Virus record (IMG/VR): IMGVR_UViG_3300020045_006781
Coordinates: 1-33,949 of that record
DNA from: a virus
Lineage: Duplodnaviria > Caudoviricetes
Length of the DNA stretch: 33,949 nucleotides
Reading direction: 5' to 3' (one strand)
Within the stretch, counting starts at the first letter, position 1; each line of letters opens with the position of its first letter. This document shows positions 8,555 to 17,051 of the stretch, piece after piece. Position numbers and translations under genes: made by a program. The notes below the pieces were generated by a model. The model was not told the origin of the DNA. It saw only the letters and a program-made list of their open reading frames with translations, and did no database searches.

Positions 8555-9783
8555 TGAAAAGCAGGGTAATCATATTGCTATTATTTATCAATTACTATTC
8601 AAGCGCACAACTTAATAAGTCAATTTTTTACAATTGGTGGGGAGTTGGTGTAAATGTCTTAGATCCTCTTACAATCACTCATCGATACTGGTCTGCGGAT
8701 CAATCGTTCCAAGATGATGCAATGACAATACCATCAGGGAATAATCAACCGGTTTTGACAATCAAAGAGCAAAAAAACTCAGTTTTAAATCTTGATTGGA
8801 TCGGAACTACAGTAGGCGCGGGTGTGGAAAAGCAGAATGATAACGACTATGGCGATACGCAGCCGTATCCCGTATATCATTCGGAAAATGGCGGCTTCAT
8901 TCATATCAGAAACGCCACACCCAAAAAATATGAGACACAGGGTGGCTCTTTAGGTTATACTGGTGATGTATCTTTTTATTTCATGATCCGATTAATGGCC
9001 GGTCTTGATAATGAATATATCTTTTTTGTTACCAATGGTCCTATGTTGCGAGACAGGGACGAAGCAACCGGAAACAGTACGCAGATCGGTGCAACTCCTA
9101 CGGTAGTCACACTGTCAACAGGTGGTAGATTTTGGACTCAATATGCCTATCAATTAATATTTGTAGAAATTCATAGATTGGCTGACGGTACAGCTCAGTT
9201 GTATATTAATGGAGACGCGTGGGGAGAAGCTGTGAATATTGGCACCAATACAATAAATGAATTTGCATTCGGAAGCAATGCGCATAATGCAAATGTGATG
9301 AACTACAAAGGTGCTATTAGGACTGGAATACGAGATGCTGGAGTATCTACTCAACTTATGAATTTCTGGGAAACAAAGCATGGTGCTGTAGGGAGTCTTT
9401 TCCCTGGTGTAACGGCTCTTTTTAATCCAGGTGGGGTTCTTGATTCGAAGGAAACTTGGAATACTTCTGATAAGTCGATTAATGCCCCTGTATACGTATT
9501 TAGATCGCCTACGGGAGCACCCGAGGGTGCTACTGAGTATCGGCTTTACACTTCACAAAGCAGCACTCAGGCAACGGCTTTAACTCAGCGTACTTATGTT
9601 AAAACAAAGATCCGGGGAGTGGATGCAAATCCTACAAAATTTATAAGGGGAACTGATTTTGGTGTAGATGCCGGATCGCCAACAAATGTGTGGTACTGGA
9701 TTGAAATAATCGGTGTAGACTCAAATGGAGTAAGGCAGATCATAGAAACCCAGACGCATGGTATATTAGATTTTCAATCTTAA
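8554..9783 (+). CDS. Signal-peptide-bearing lectin (LamG/ConA-like) protein with possible C-terminal Ig-like domain
   Basis: AQLYINGD beta-sandwich pattern; GAPEGATEYRLY; starts MKSRVIILLLFINYYSSA-Q. Confidence 0.55.
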   Translation: MKSRVIILLLFINYYSSAQLNKSIFYNWWGVGVNVLDPLTITHRYWSADQSFQDDAMTIPSGNNQPVLTIKEQKNSVLNLDWIGTTVGAGVEKQNDNDYGDTQPYPVYHSENGGFIHIRNATPKKYETQGGSLGYTGDVSFYFMIRLMAGLDNEYIFFVTNGPMLRDRDEATGNSTQIGATPTVVTLSTGGRFWTQYAYQLIFVEIHRLADGTAQLYINGDAWGEAVNIGTNTINEFAFGSNAHNANVMNYKGAIRTGIRDAGVSTQLMNFWETKHGAVGSLFPGVTALFNPGGVLDSKETWNTSDKSINAPVYVFRSPTGAPEGATEYRLYTSQSSTQATALTQRTYVKTKIRGVDANPTKFIRGTDFGVDAGSPTNVWYWIEIIGVDSNGVRQIIETQTHGILDFQS

Positions 9784-9795
9784 ATTAAAGTGAAT

Positions 9796-9891
9796 ATGTC
9801 AAAGAAAAAAAAGCTAAAGAAACCGATCTCAGATCTTGATACGGTGAATCCAGATCCAACGCCTCCACCTCCACCACCTAAGAAAGATTGA
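9796..9891 (+). CDS. 31-aa Lys-rich polyproline peptide (not in ORF track)
   Basis: MSKKKKLKKPISDLDTVNPDPTPPPPPPKKD*. Fills the intergenic gap, and its TGA overlaps the TTG start at 9888. Confidence 0.65.
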   Translation: MSKKKKLKKPISDLDTVNPDPTPPPPPPKKD

Positions 9892-10238
9892 AAACATTAG
9901 TTGCTATAATCTGTCTTCTGGTGTACTTACTCAACTCTATTGTAATATCAAAAATTTACGATACGAGTGATCCCTATCAGTTTGTGGACTCTTACATGAT
10001 CAGATGCAAGCTGTATGAGGCCATTTTTTGTATATTATTTTACTCGATTTACAAGAAGAGTGAAGGATTTGAAAAAGTGATATTCTGCTTTCTTTTGATG
10101 GTATGCTTGGCGAGTTGTATTGATAAGATAATATTCAAAATAAATGGGTATCTGTGGAGTGACATTGTAGTGGTTTCGATTGCATTATATTTCGCTTATA
10201 TTTGTTTTAAACGAGAAAGAAATGTTCGAAAGAATTGA
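9888..10238 (+). CDS. Small multi-pass membrane protein upstream of the holin
   Basis: About 4 hydrophobic segments; TTG start coupled to the upstream peptide. Confidence 0.65.
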   Translation: MKTLVAIICLLVYLLNSIVISKIYDTSDPYQFVDSYMIRCKLYEAIFCILFYSIYKKSEGFEKVIFCFLLMVCLASCIDKIIFKINGYLWSDIVVVSIALYFAYICFKRERNVRKN

Positions 10239-10554
10239 CAATGAGACGAAATCATTTTTCTTCAAAATAATAATCCCAGCAATGGTCGGAGTTAGCATCA
10301 AACTTGCAATAGCATCTCAAAAAGCAAAAATGAGCGCTTTCAATATAATCGGGTCTTTCGTTATCGGAATCGGGTTGGCTTACCTATCTGGAGATTTGAT
10401 CCTGGCAACAGTAGAGCATACGTATGTGCCCCTTGTGATTGGGATAATGACGCTGGTGGGGGAGAAGTTATCTTATTTCATACTTTACAAGTTGAATGTG
10501 GATAAGCTGGCGGTTTCATTTTTTGAATACATCATCTCAATTTTAAAGAAATGA
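10222..10554 (+). CDS. Putative holin
   Basis: About 110 aa, 3 TM, directly upstream of and overlapping the endolysin. ATG 10222 is the likely start. Confidence 0.7.
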   Translation: MFERIDNETKSFFFKIIIPAMVGVSIKLAIASQKAKMSAFNIIGSFVIGIGLAYLSGDLILATVEHTYVPLVIGIMTLVGEKLSYFILYKLNVDKLAVSFFEYIISILKK

Positions 10555-11150
10555 GTTTGGTTACGAACGAAAAAGGGCAATACATTCTTTACGAGAATGG
10601 AGAGCCTATTGGCGCAACAGATGTGATAATAATAGATGGGTGTATAGTTCCTGTAAAGTGGGCTCCCGTTGTCGCTAAAATGAAGATTGACGCAGCGAAA
10701 GTTGGAGTGACGCTTACGTTAGCTGTGGGCATAAGAATTATTGAGAAACAGATAGCCTCCAGGTGGAAAAATTTAATCATTACCCCGGCAATGATTAAAA
10801 TGAAGGAGGAAGATATTGATGGGTATAAGGTGTGGGTAACTGATATAGTTATGCACGGATCTCCTTCCTTATTCAGTCCTGAGACGGGCAAGCCTGGGTA
10901 CTCTAAGCATCAAAAAGGGACTGCGTTTGACTGGAATGTAACTAAGCTGGATAATAAGGGTAAAAAGATAGGGATGCTTCGAAGTTACAAGTGGTTGCGT
11001 GACAACGCATGGAAGTATGGGATGGTCAGATCAATAAAATCTGAACCTTGGCATTTTGAAGTAGATAGGTTTAAGGATGAAATGACTCCAGCCAATACCT
11101 ATTTTTTCGTTCCGAAAGAACATGCATCTTGGGATCTAAATCAAAAATAA
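10551..11150 (+). CDS. Endolysin, peptidase M15B (VanY-like Zn peptidase)
   Basis: PGYSKHQKGTAFD (SxHxxGxAxD) and EPWH motifs. Confidence 0.85.
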   Translation: MSLVTNEKGQYILYENGEPIGATDVIIIDGCIVPVKWAPVVAKMKIDAAKVGVTLTLAVGIRIIEKQIASRWKNLIITPAMIKMKEEDIDGYKVWVTDIVMHGSPSLFSPETGKPGYSKHQKGTAFDWNVTKLDNKGKKIGMLRSYKWLRDNAWKYGMVRSIKSEPWHFEVDRFKDEMTPANTYFFVPKEHASWDLNQK

Positions 11151-11156
11151 AACATC

Positions 11157-11504
11157 ATGAAAAAATTATTGTTCATCTTTTTAATTGGAGTTCTGTCACT
11201 TAATTCATTTGGAGCAGAACCGTATTTCTTTGTTTCCGTTCGTAATGGTGATTTAGTCCCTGCTGGCAGCACCTCAGCTACCCCTGTTTTGATCACTGAT
11301 GCGCTGGCGGCTGAGAGGGGTGAGAAGATTATTACCTACACAGTAGAAGTGGTTTCTGGAACTATCAAATTCGGAGTGGGATCTATCGGTGCCAACTCTT
11401 ACGGAAACCCAGTAGGAGCCAAGAGAATGATTACCTGTAAGAATGGGGAGTTGTACTTTCAGGCGGCATCCGGGGCTGATACGTTCGTTATAACCGGAAT
11501 CTGA
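11157..11504 (+). CDS. Small secreted beta-rich protein within the lysis cassette
   Basis: Signal peptide MKKLLFIFLIGVLSLNSFG. Confidence 0.65.
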   Translation: MKKLLFIFLIGVLSLNSFGAEPYFFVSVRNGDLVPAGSTSATPVLITDALAAERGEKIITYTVEVVSGTIKFGVGSIGANSYGNPVGAKRMITCKNGELYFQAASGADTFVITGI

Positions 11505-11505
11505 T

Positions 11506-12165
11506 ATGTGGTTTCTCACTATTTTCAAGGCACTTACTCCTAAAAGAATCGCTATTATACTGGCGATTCTTCTTCTTTTGTATGCCATCTTCCAGACTTA
11601 TCGTGCAGAGCGCTTGAAGGAGGAAAAAGAATATGCTGAAACTGAGCGTGATCAGGCGCTCACATTTGCCACCAGTAATAAGAAAGTGACCGACTACTAC
11701 ATTAGCCGAGCAAACGAATTGGTGGCCGTCACGGAGACACAGGAGCTTTCTGAGGATAACCTGAAGGCGCTGATCAACACTCAGGAATTATCATGGATAA
11801 AGAAGTTTGATCGACTGGATAAGAAGTACAAGCAATTGGGCAGCGCTCACTCTTTTGATTTCACCATGGAGGGAGAAGGTATTCCTATCGTGCCTGTGAA
11901 TATCGATACGATTAGTAAGGCTCCGAAGTTCTTTAAGTGGGAGTTGAAAGATCAGTACAATAATATCAGTGCTATCGTTTTGGATACGCCAGTGTTTCAT
12001 GTGAATGTTCCGGTGTACACGATCATGGAGTGGGAGAGAAAGCATCACTTCATTTTTAAGAAGTGGAGGTATGGTAAGAAGGAATGGTTTCAGCAGACGT
12101 TTTCTCCGAACAAATTAGTGAAGCTGGATAGTCAGTCTGTGTTTACGATTAAAAGGAAAGAATAG
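11506..12165 (+). CDS. Spanin-like protein (N-terminal TM plus coiled coil)
   Basis: IAIILAILLLLYAIF TM followed by a coiled coil; last gene of the lysis cassette. Confidence 0.55.
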   Translation: MWFLTIFKALTPKRIAIILAILLLLYAIFQTYRAERLKEEKEYAETERDQALTFATSNKKVTDYYISRANELVAVTETQELSEDNLKALINTQELSWIKKFDRLDKKYKQLGSAHSFDFTMEGEGIPIVPVNIDTISKAPKFFKWELKDQYNNISAIVLDTPVFHVNVPVYTIMEWERKHHFIFKKWRYGKKEWFQQTFSPNKLVKLDSQSVFTIKRKE

Positions 12166-12189
12166 CTCTCTTGCCAAGGAGTAGCGTGG

Positions 12190-12221
12190 AGCCCTTTCTG
12201 TTAATTCAGGAGGGCTTTTTT
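12190..12221 (+). terminator. Intrinsic terminator ending the late operon
   Basis: AGCCCTTTCTG-ttaatt-CAGGAGGGCT followed by a T-run. Confidence 0.85.
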
Positions 12222-12228
12222 ATTGCAC

Positions 12229-12294
12229 CTATTTGTGTTTAAAAAATAATTAGCGAAATCTATTTGTTTTTTAAAAAGTAAATAGCGACCTATG
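12229..12294 (+). promoter_or_regulatory. Promoter with two tandem palindromic operator copies
   Basis: CTATTTGTGTTTAAAAAATAATTAG (12229-12253) and CTATTTGTTTTTTAAAAAGTAAATAG (12260-12285), then GACCTATG (variant of the -7 element TAnnTTTG). Confidence 0.7.
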
Positions 12295-12319
12295 TGTCAC
12301 CAATAAAACACACCGAAAT

Positions 12320-12595
12320 ATGAAAATCATCCTGTTGATAATCGCTATCTGTTTATTCTCTTCCTGCCGTGAATGGGGTAGACAAGAAAAGAAAGATTAT
12401 GTGTTCATTGAAATTATTTACAATGACGGTAAGAAAGAGACTATTCAGTATTTGGCTGATATCATCAAAGATGGTGATGGTGAATGGGAAGTTAGATGGA
12501 GTTGGTTGGAAGGTGGATGCATTAAAGGCTTCTATAAATTGAATGTCTGCAATGTGAAGTCGTATGAAGTTGTGAGCGCTTATAAAGAACAGTAA
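12320..12595 (+). CDS. Small lipoprotein (possible superinfection exclusion)
   Basis: Lipobox-type LFSS-C after a hydrophobic leader; first gene after the promoter. Confidence 0.65.
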   Translation: MKIILLIIAICLFSSCREWGRQEKKDYVFIEIIYNDGKKETIQYLADIIKDGDGEWEVRWSWLEGGCIKGFYKLNVCNVKSYEVVSAYKEQ

Positions 12596-12597
12596 TT

Positions 12598-12825
12598 ATG
12601 AATACACCATACGTAGAGAAGTTCAATCAGATTGCGGATGATTTTTTTAATGAGAAAAAATACAATCCAAATTTAGATCCAGTGATTTGGGGAGAGCCTT
12701 TGGTATTTGCACTTCTTAAAGTTAAATCAGAGATGCATCTTCCATCCAAATCTTCTGTTCACCTTGAAGGAATTGATTTTTACATAACCCCAGAGCAATG
12801 CCATTCATCGAACAACGAAGCTTAG
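12598..12825 (+). CDS. Hypothetical protein
   Basis: Tightly packed co-oriented ORF. Confidence 0.55.
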   Translation: MNTPYVEKFNQIADDFFNEKKYNPNLDPVIWGEPLVFALLKVKSEMHLPSKSSVHLEGIDFYITPEQCHSSNNEA

Positions 12826-13103
12826 TAGAAAAGGAAAATAAGTTTTTATTCCTCATGTCTGACCAGACGGTAATTATTGATTCGTACTGGGGTGCTTTTA
12901 AGAAATGGAGAATAAGCAACAGAAAGCCGATTGTTGAAATTCTCAATTGTCCGGCAAATAGAAGATCGCAGGAAAGGGTTTTAAGTATCCTTTTGGAAGA
13001 GTTGGAACGTAACAATCAAGTTTATAATAAAAACCAGAATAATGACTACCAAAAAACAACCATCGCCCAAGAAGAAAGAACGCCAACCCTCTTCAGCCAT
13101 TAA
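12798..13103 (+). CDS. Hypothetical protein
   Basis: Co-oriented ORF filling the gap; overlaps both neighbours. Confidence 0.5.
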   Translation: MPFIEQRSLVEKENKFLFLMSDQTVIIDSYWGAFKKWRISNRKPIVEILNCPANRRSQERVLSILLEELERNNQVYNKNQNNDYQKTTIAQEERTPTLFSH

Positions 13104-13860
13104 AGTTTTGCCTAAAGAGCAGATTCAGGATTACTCAACTCAGAATGCATTGGCAGAATACAACCCTGCGCAGATGTTGATTGCAGCCATCAATAATAAG
13201 CTTGATCCTTCTATGATAGAGCGGTTCATGGATTTGAATGATCGCTGGCAGAAGGAGATCGCTAAGAAGGAATTCACGGTAGCATTCGCTGAGTTTCAAA
13301 AATCTTGCCCTGTTCTTTACAAGGGAAATCAAAATTCGTACAATACGAAAAGTGGGGATCATGTCTCGTACAATAGTGCAGACATATCTGATGTGGACAC
13401 AGCCACTAAAGAAGCGCTTGCTAACAACGGACTTACCAAAGATTGGGAGATTGAGCAGCTGGATGGAAAGGTGAAGATCACTGCTGTGATTACTCACGTA
13501 GGTGGCCACTCTAAAAGAGTGCCGCTGATCGCGGAGGCAGATACTTCCGGTGGCAAGAACGCAATACAGGCTCTTGGCTCATCGATCACTTACCTGGAGC
13601 GTTACACATTGATGGCCGCTCTCGGATTGACTGCAAAGGGAATGGATGATGATGGTCGTGCTCATAAATCTTCATCGCAAGAAGATGAAGCTGTCATAGA
13701 TACCCGTCCGAAGCTAAGAAATGAGCAGGTGACTAATATCGCCAGGGCGATCCAGAGAGGAGAGAAAACGTTGGAAGATTTTAAGAAATTTTCTTTCATC
13801 TCACCAGAACAAGAAGAAGCTATTTTAAAATTCTTAGCGAAGTCAGATGTCAAAAACTAA
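13042..13860 (+). CDS. ERF-family single-strand annealing protein
   Basis: QALGSSITYLERYTLMAALGL...DDDG ERF signature. Confidence 0.9.
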   Translation: MTTKKQPSPKKKERQPSSAIKVLPKEQIQDYSTQNALAEYNPAQMLIAAINNKLDPSMIERFMDLNDRWQKEIAKKEFTVAFAEFQKSCPVLYKGNQNSYNTKSGDHVSYNSADISDVDTATKEALANNGLTKDWEIEQLDGKVKITAVITHVGGHSKRVPLIAEADTSGGKNAIQALGSSITYLERYTLMAALGLTAKGMDDDGRAHKSSSQEDEAVIDTRPKLRNEQVTNIARAIQRGEKTLEDFKKFSFISPEQEEAILKFLAKSDVKN

Positions 13861-13990
13861 AACCATATTCTACGCAAGGCACGCCAACGGTGCCAGCTGT
13901 TTGTTTGACTTTATGCCTTACAATGTAGCTACAGTCAAGTTGGGGATTTACAATAAATACTTTCACACGTTCAGGTTGCCGCTTAATTAA
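13847..13990 (+). CDS. 47-aa hypothetical protein (not in ORF track)
   Basis: MSKTKTIFYARHANG...FRLPLN*; fills the gap between ERF and the nuclease. Confidence 0.45.
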   Translation: MSKTKTIFYARHANGASCLFDFMPYNVATVKLGIYNKYFHTFRLPLN

Positions 13991-13996
13991 TGGATA

Positions 13997-14872
13997 ATGC
14001 AAAAGATTTCACAAAGCTTTATTAAGTCATTCCGAGATTATAAGAACGGAGATGAATGCGGCCTTCTGATTAAGCATCAGTACGCTGATGGCAAACTTCT
14101 GGATCGATATAGCCATGACATGGCATTGGGCAGCTACTTTGAGTATGTGCTTACAGGAGCTCTTCCAAAGAACGGAAAGATCCCATTGGCAGAGTATACG
14201 GTTACGGGGCAGAAGAAGTCTCCAGCAGACCGGAAGATATCGGATATGACTACTCATTACCAGCGTGCTCATTGGAATGCTGGAGTGGTTAGAAACTATC
14301 TTCAGATCGATCTTGGATTAGAATTCGTGCATATCGGAAAGAGGCTTACCAAGGGGAGATTTGAAGGGACGCTGGATCTTATCTGCCGGGTAACAAAATC
14401 CATCACTTTTGAGGATGGAACTGAGTGGAAGGTAGGTGATATGATCGTGATCGATATTAAGTATTCCGGATTGCTACATAACCGTTGGGAGAAGCATGGA
14501 TGGATGTGGAGCGATATTCAGAAAGAATACCACGGCACTCAGGCTATGCAGTACAATTTTGTTTCGGAGCTTCCATTTTATTTTCTGGTAGTTGGTAATT
14601 CCAATAATGAGATACCGAACTATCGCGGTGGAGGATTTGAGCCAACTGAAATAAAATTCATGTTTGTTCCGATTACTGAGGAAATGACGGCCAGACATAT
14701 TCGCCAAGCAAATGCTTTGGCTAAAGAATTGGAAGTAGATAAGGAGATTGGGTTTGTTGCCAGGCCAGACTTCATCCGCTGCGGCAAGTGTCCATTGTTT
14801 GAAGGGTGCGATAGGAAGCATACATATCCTCATCCGAAGAGTGTTGATTTAACTATTACAAGAACTTGGTAA
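13997..14872 (+). CDS. PD-(D/E)XK exonuclease (Cas4/RecB-like), probable ERF partner
   Basis: GSYFE, GTLDL, IDIK, QAMQY motifs; C-terminal CGKCPLFEGC. Confidence 0.8.
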   Translation: MQKISQSFIKSFRDYKNGDECGLLIKHQYADGKLLDRYSHDMALGSYFEYVLTGALPKNGKIPLAEYTVTGQKKSPADRKISDMTTHYQRAHWNAGVVRNYLQIDLGLEFVHIGKRLTKGRFEGTLDLICRVTKSITFEDGTEWKVGDMIVIDIKYSGLLHNRWEKHGWMWSDIQKEYHGTQAMQYNFVSELPFYFLVVGNSNNEIPNYRGGGFEPTEIKFMFVPITEEMTARHIRQANALAKELEVDKEIGFVARPDFIRCGKCPLFEGCDRKHTYPHPKSVDLTITRTW

Positions 14873-14879
14873 AAAGATT

Positions 14880-15146
14880 ATGAAACCAGTAATGATTCCA
14901 TCTAAAGGAGAATATGAGTACGAGGGTGATAGATTAACTCTTGGTGATTTAAGAAGTGGGCTTCATCACTTCATTGGACATTTCATAGAAGTCCCTAAAA
15001 ATGTTGTTTTGAATCCTAATGTATGGCTTGAGTTTACTCAAGAATGGGGCCATAATGTAGGGTTACGTTATGGGAATGAGATCATTTCAGTAAATGTAAT
15101 TAAGAGTAACAGAACGCCTATTAAAAGATTTGACTTTATAGACTAA
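14880..15146 (+). CDS. Hypothetical protein
   Basis: Packed ORF. Confidence 0.6.
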   Translation: MKPVMIPSKGEYEYEGDRLTLGDLRSGLHHFIGHFIEVPKNVVLNPNVWLEFTQEWGHNVGLRYGNEIISVNVIKSNRTPIKRFDFID

Positions 15147-15286
15147 TGACAAAGCTTAAGGATTTAAAGTACGAAGCTCAGGGTATTGAATCACCTCGCC
15201 CGGCTCTCGGATTATTGGAAGCAATCGCTGTAGGATGGTTGGTTGCTGTGGTGATTATTGTATTGGTAGTAGCAATTTTAATTTAA
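15146..15286 (+). CDS. 46-aa single-TM peptide (not in ORF track)
   Basis: MTKLKDLKYEAQGIESPRPALGLLEAIAVGWLVAVVIIVLVVAILI*; TAATG overlap with the previous gene. Confidence 0.6.
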   Translation: MTKLKDLKYEAQGIESPRPALGLLEAIAVGWLVAVVIIVLVVAILI

Positions 15287-15292
15287 TTTAAT

Positions 15293-15697
15293 ATGACAAG
15301 AGAGACAGTTTTAAAGAAGATCAAGAAGAAGTTCAAGAAGTATTCTGTATTTGTGAAAATGGCAGGGCTTGATTACTACGAATTTCAGAAAGACTTTGCC
15401 AGGGAAGGAGCTACAGTGAGCCAAGGGCAAATTACTGAGATGGATCAAGTGTGTGATAATATTCCTTTTACGTTAAGCAATAAGCTAACCAAGGAAATGA
15501 TATTGGATTTGATCGATGCTTTTACAAACTACGGAGGCGTGCGCAAGTTCGTTCGTGATCAGCATGAGATTGATCCGAAGTGTGGTTATAGTGAAGATCC
15601 TATCTTCAAGATCCTTGCAGCAAAGAAGAAAACGATTACCCCTACTGCTAAGAAATTGCTTGCTCACTTTGGCATCAATCAAAATGCAAATTCTTAA
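15293..15697 (+). CDS. Basic helical protein, possible HTH-type DNA-binding regulator
   Basis: Two segments loosely resembling Cro/Xre helices (KYSVFVKMAGLDY; GGVRKFVR...KTITPTAKKLLAHFG). Confidence 0.4.
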   Translation: MTRETVLKKIKKKFKKYSVFVKMAGLDYYEFQKDFAREGATVSQGQITEMDQVCDNIPFTLSNKLTKEMILDLIDAFTNYGGVRKFVRDQHEIDPKCGYSEDPIFKILAAKKKTITPTAKKLLAHFGINQNANS

Positions 15698-16029
15698 TGG
15701 AAAAGTTTACTAATAAGAAATTCAGAGAGGTGTTTGGGTTCAAGCCGCAAGTTTTATTCCTTCCGGATGAGAAGATGATCTTCCAGATGTCACAGGCTAT
15801 TGATAATAACAAAGGACAACCGGTGATAAGATCAGAGTACGGATCGTTGAAGCAGGATGATATTGAAGTGATGTACTGCCTTGAAGTTCTGTGGATGGTT
15901 AGGATCACTGATCAGAAGTTGGTGCACGGTATTGAGAATGTTATTCTCTTCTTCGATGAAAATGAAATGCTTCGGCATCAAGCAGAAGTTGAAAGAGTTA
16001 TGAAGGAATTGGAGAGTCGTAAAAATTAA
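15697..16029 (+). CDS. Hypothetical protein
   Basis: TAATG-coupled ORF. Confidence 0.6.
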   Translation: MEKFTNKKFREVFGFKPQVLFLPDEKMIFQMSQAIDNNKGQPVIRSEYGSLKQDDIEVMYCLEVLWMVRITDQKLVHGIENVILFFDENEMLRHQAEVERVMKELESRKN

Positions 16030-16088
16030 AAAATGTACTCGCTCATTCCTATTTTCTTTTGAATTGAAAATTTAAAACATTGAATTAT

Positions 16089-16337
16089 ATGAGCAACGAA
16101 GAAATAATTAAAAAGATAATTGTTGATAAGGGAAATTTTGAACACATAGCTAAAACAGGGTCAATTAATGGCTCATTGTATCATTCGATTAAAGATGCGT
16201 TAAGGAAGGCCCGCATCGACACCATAAAGCAATGCGCTGAACGGGCTAATACACACAAAACAGGAAACTCTGGAAGTTGGTTTGATGCATCAGTAGACAA
16301 AAAATCCATTCTATCACTAATAGACGAAATACAATGA
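16089..16337 (+). CDS. Hypothetical protein
   Basis: ORF in the accessory cluster; ends VDKKSILSL. Confidence 0.55.
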   Translation: MSNEEIIKKIIVDKGNFEHIAKTGSINGSLYHSIKDALRKARIDTIKQCAERANTHKTGNSGSWFDASVDKKSILSLIDEIQ

Positions 16338-16645
16338 GCTTAGAAGAAATAAAGGATCAGGTAGCTAAGGAAAATGGATGGCCAACATGGGATCAATTGT
16401 CTGCTTATGTTCCTAATAAGCGTGAAAGTACTTACTGGCCAGAAGTATGCAGACGTGCCTGTGAAGAAACAGGAAGGCTTACACTGGAAAAGGCGGCTGA
16501 GAACGCTGAAATTGGTATAAGGAAAGGAGGAATCCCATTCTCTACGGCATGCCGTCCTCATTGTGATGATTATGGACAATCATCCTTTATTGGGGTCACT
16601 AAAGAATCAATCACCGATCCATCAAACATAGTAATAGTAATATGA
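16334..16645 (+). CDS. Hypothetical protein
   Basis: ATGA-coupled ORF. Confidence 0.6.
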   Translation: MSLEEIKDQVAKENGWPTWDQLSAYVPNKRESTYWPEVCRRACEETGRLTLEKAAENAEIGIRKGGIPFSTACRPHCDDYGQSSFIGVTKESITDPSNIVIVI

Positions 16646-16848
16646 GAAGCACAGAGCAATTGAAATACGAAATCAGAAAAGCCCTTGCAGACTATATTAG
16701 CTCAGAAGGGTGCTCATGTTGCCAAGATAAATCTAAGCATGAAAAAGCGGCTGGTGTGCTTGCAATACTGCTTGATGTTGAACCCTACTTAGATGGCTCA
16801 GGATTCGATTTTTACAAGTACAAAACAGATAAAACATTAGTACAGTAA
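16642..16848 (+). CDS. Hypothetical protein with SEGCSCC motif
   Basis: ATGA-coupled ORF. Confidence 0.6.
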   Translation: MRSTEQLKYEIRKALADYISSEGCSCCQDKSKHEKAAGVLAILLDVEPYLDGSGFDFYKYKTDKTLVQ

Positions 16849-16859
16849 CCACAGAGAAT

Positions 16860-17051
16860 ATGAAAACAGATGATGAAATTATTTTAATAGAGATTTGGGA
16901 TAAAGGAACACATGTTGGATTTGAGCGATTAACCGAAAAAGGATGGCAGTGGAGATATTTTGCTATTGATCCTGATAATGGTGAAAGATGGTGTGATGGT
17001 GTAATTGTTGGTGATTATGAAATCGAAAGATTAATAGTAAAAAAGCCATGA
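16860..17051 (+). CDS. Hypothetical protein
   Basis: Packed ORF. Confidence 0.55.
   Translation: MKTDDEIILIEIWDKGTHVGFERLTEKGWQWRYFAIDPDNGERWCDGVIVGDYEIERLIVKKP

Noticed and set aside
53-12048. Numerous short minus-strand and nested ORFs in the structural region
   Set aside because: Antisense or out of frame to well-supported genes, without motifs or initiation signals.
13997-14872. Cas4 as evidence of CRISPR-Cas
   Set aside because: Sits next to ERF as an ordinary phage recombination exonuclease; no array or other cas genes.
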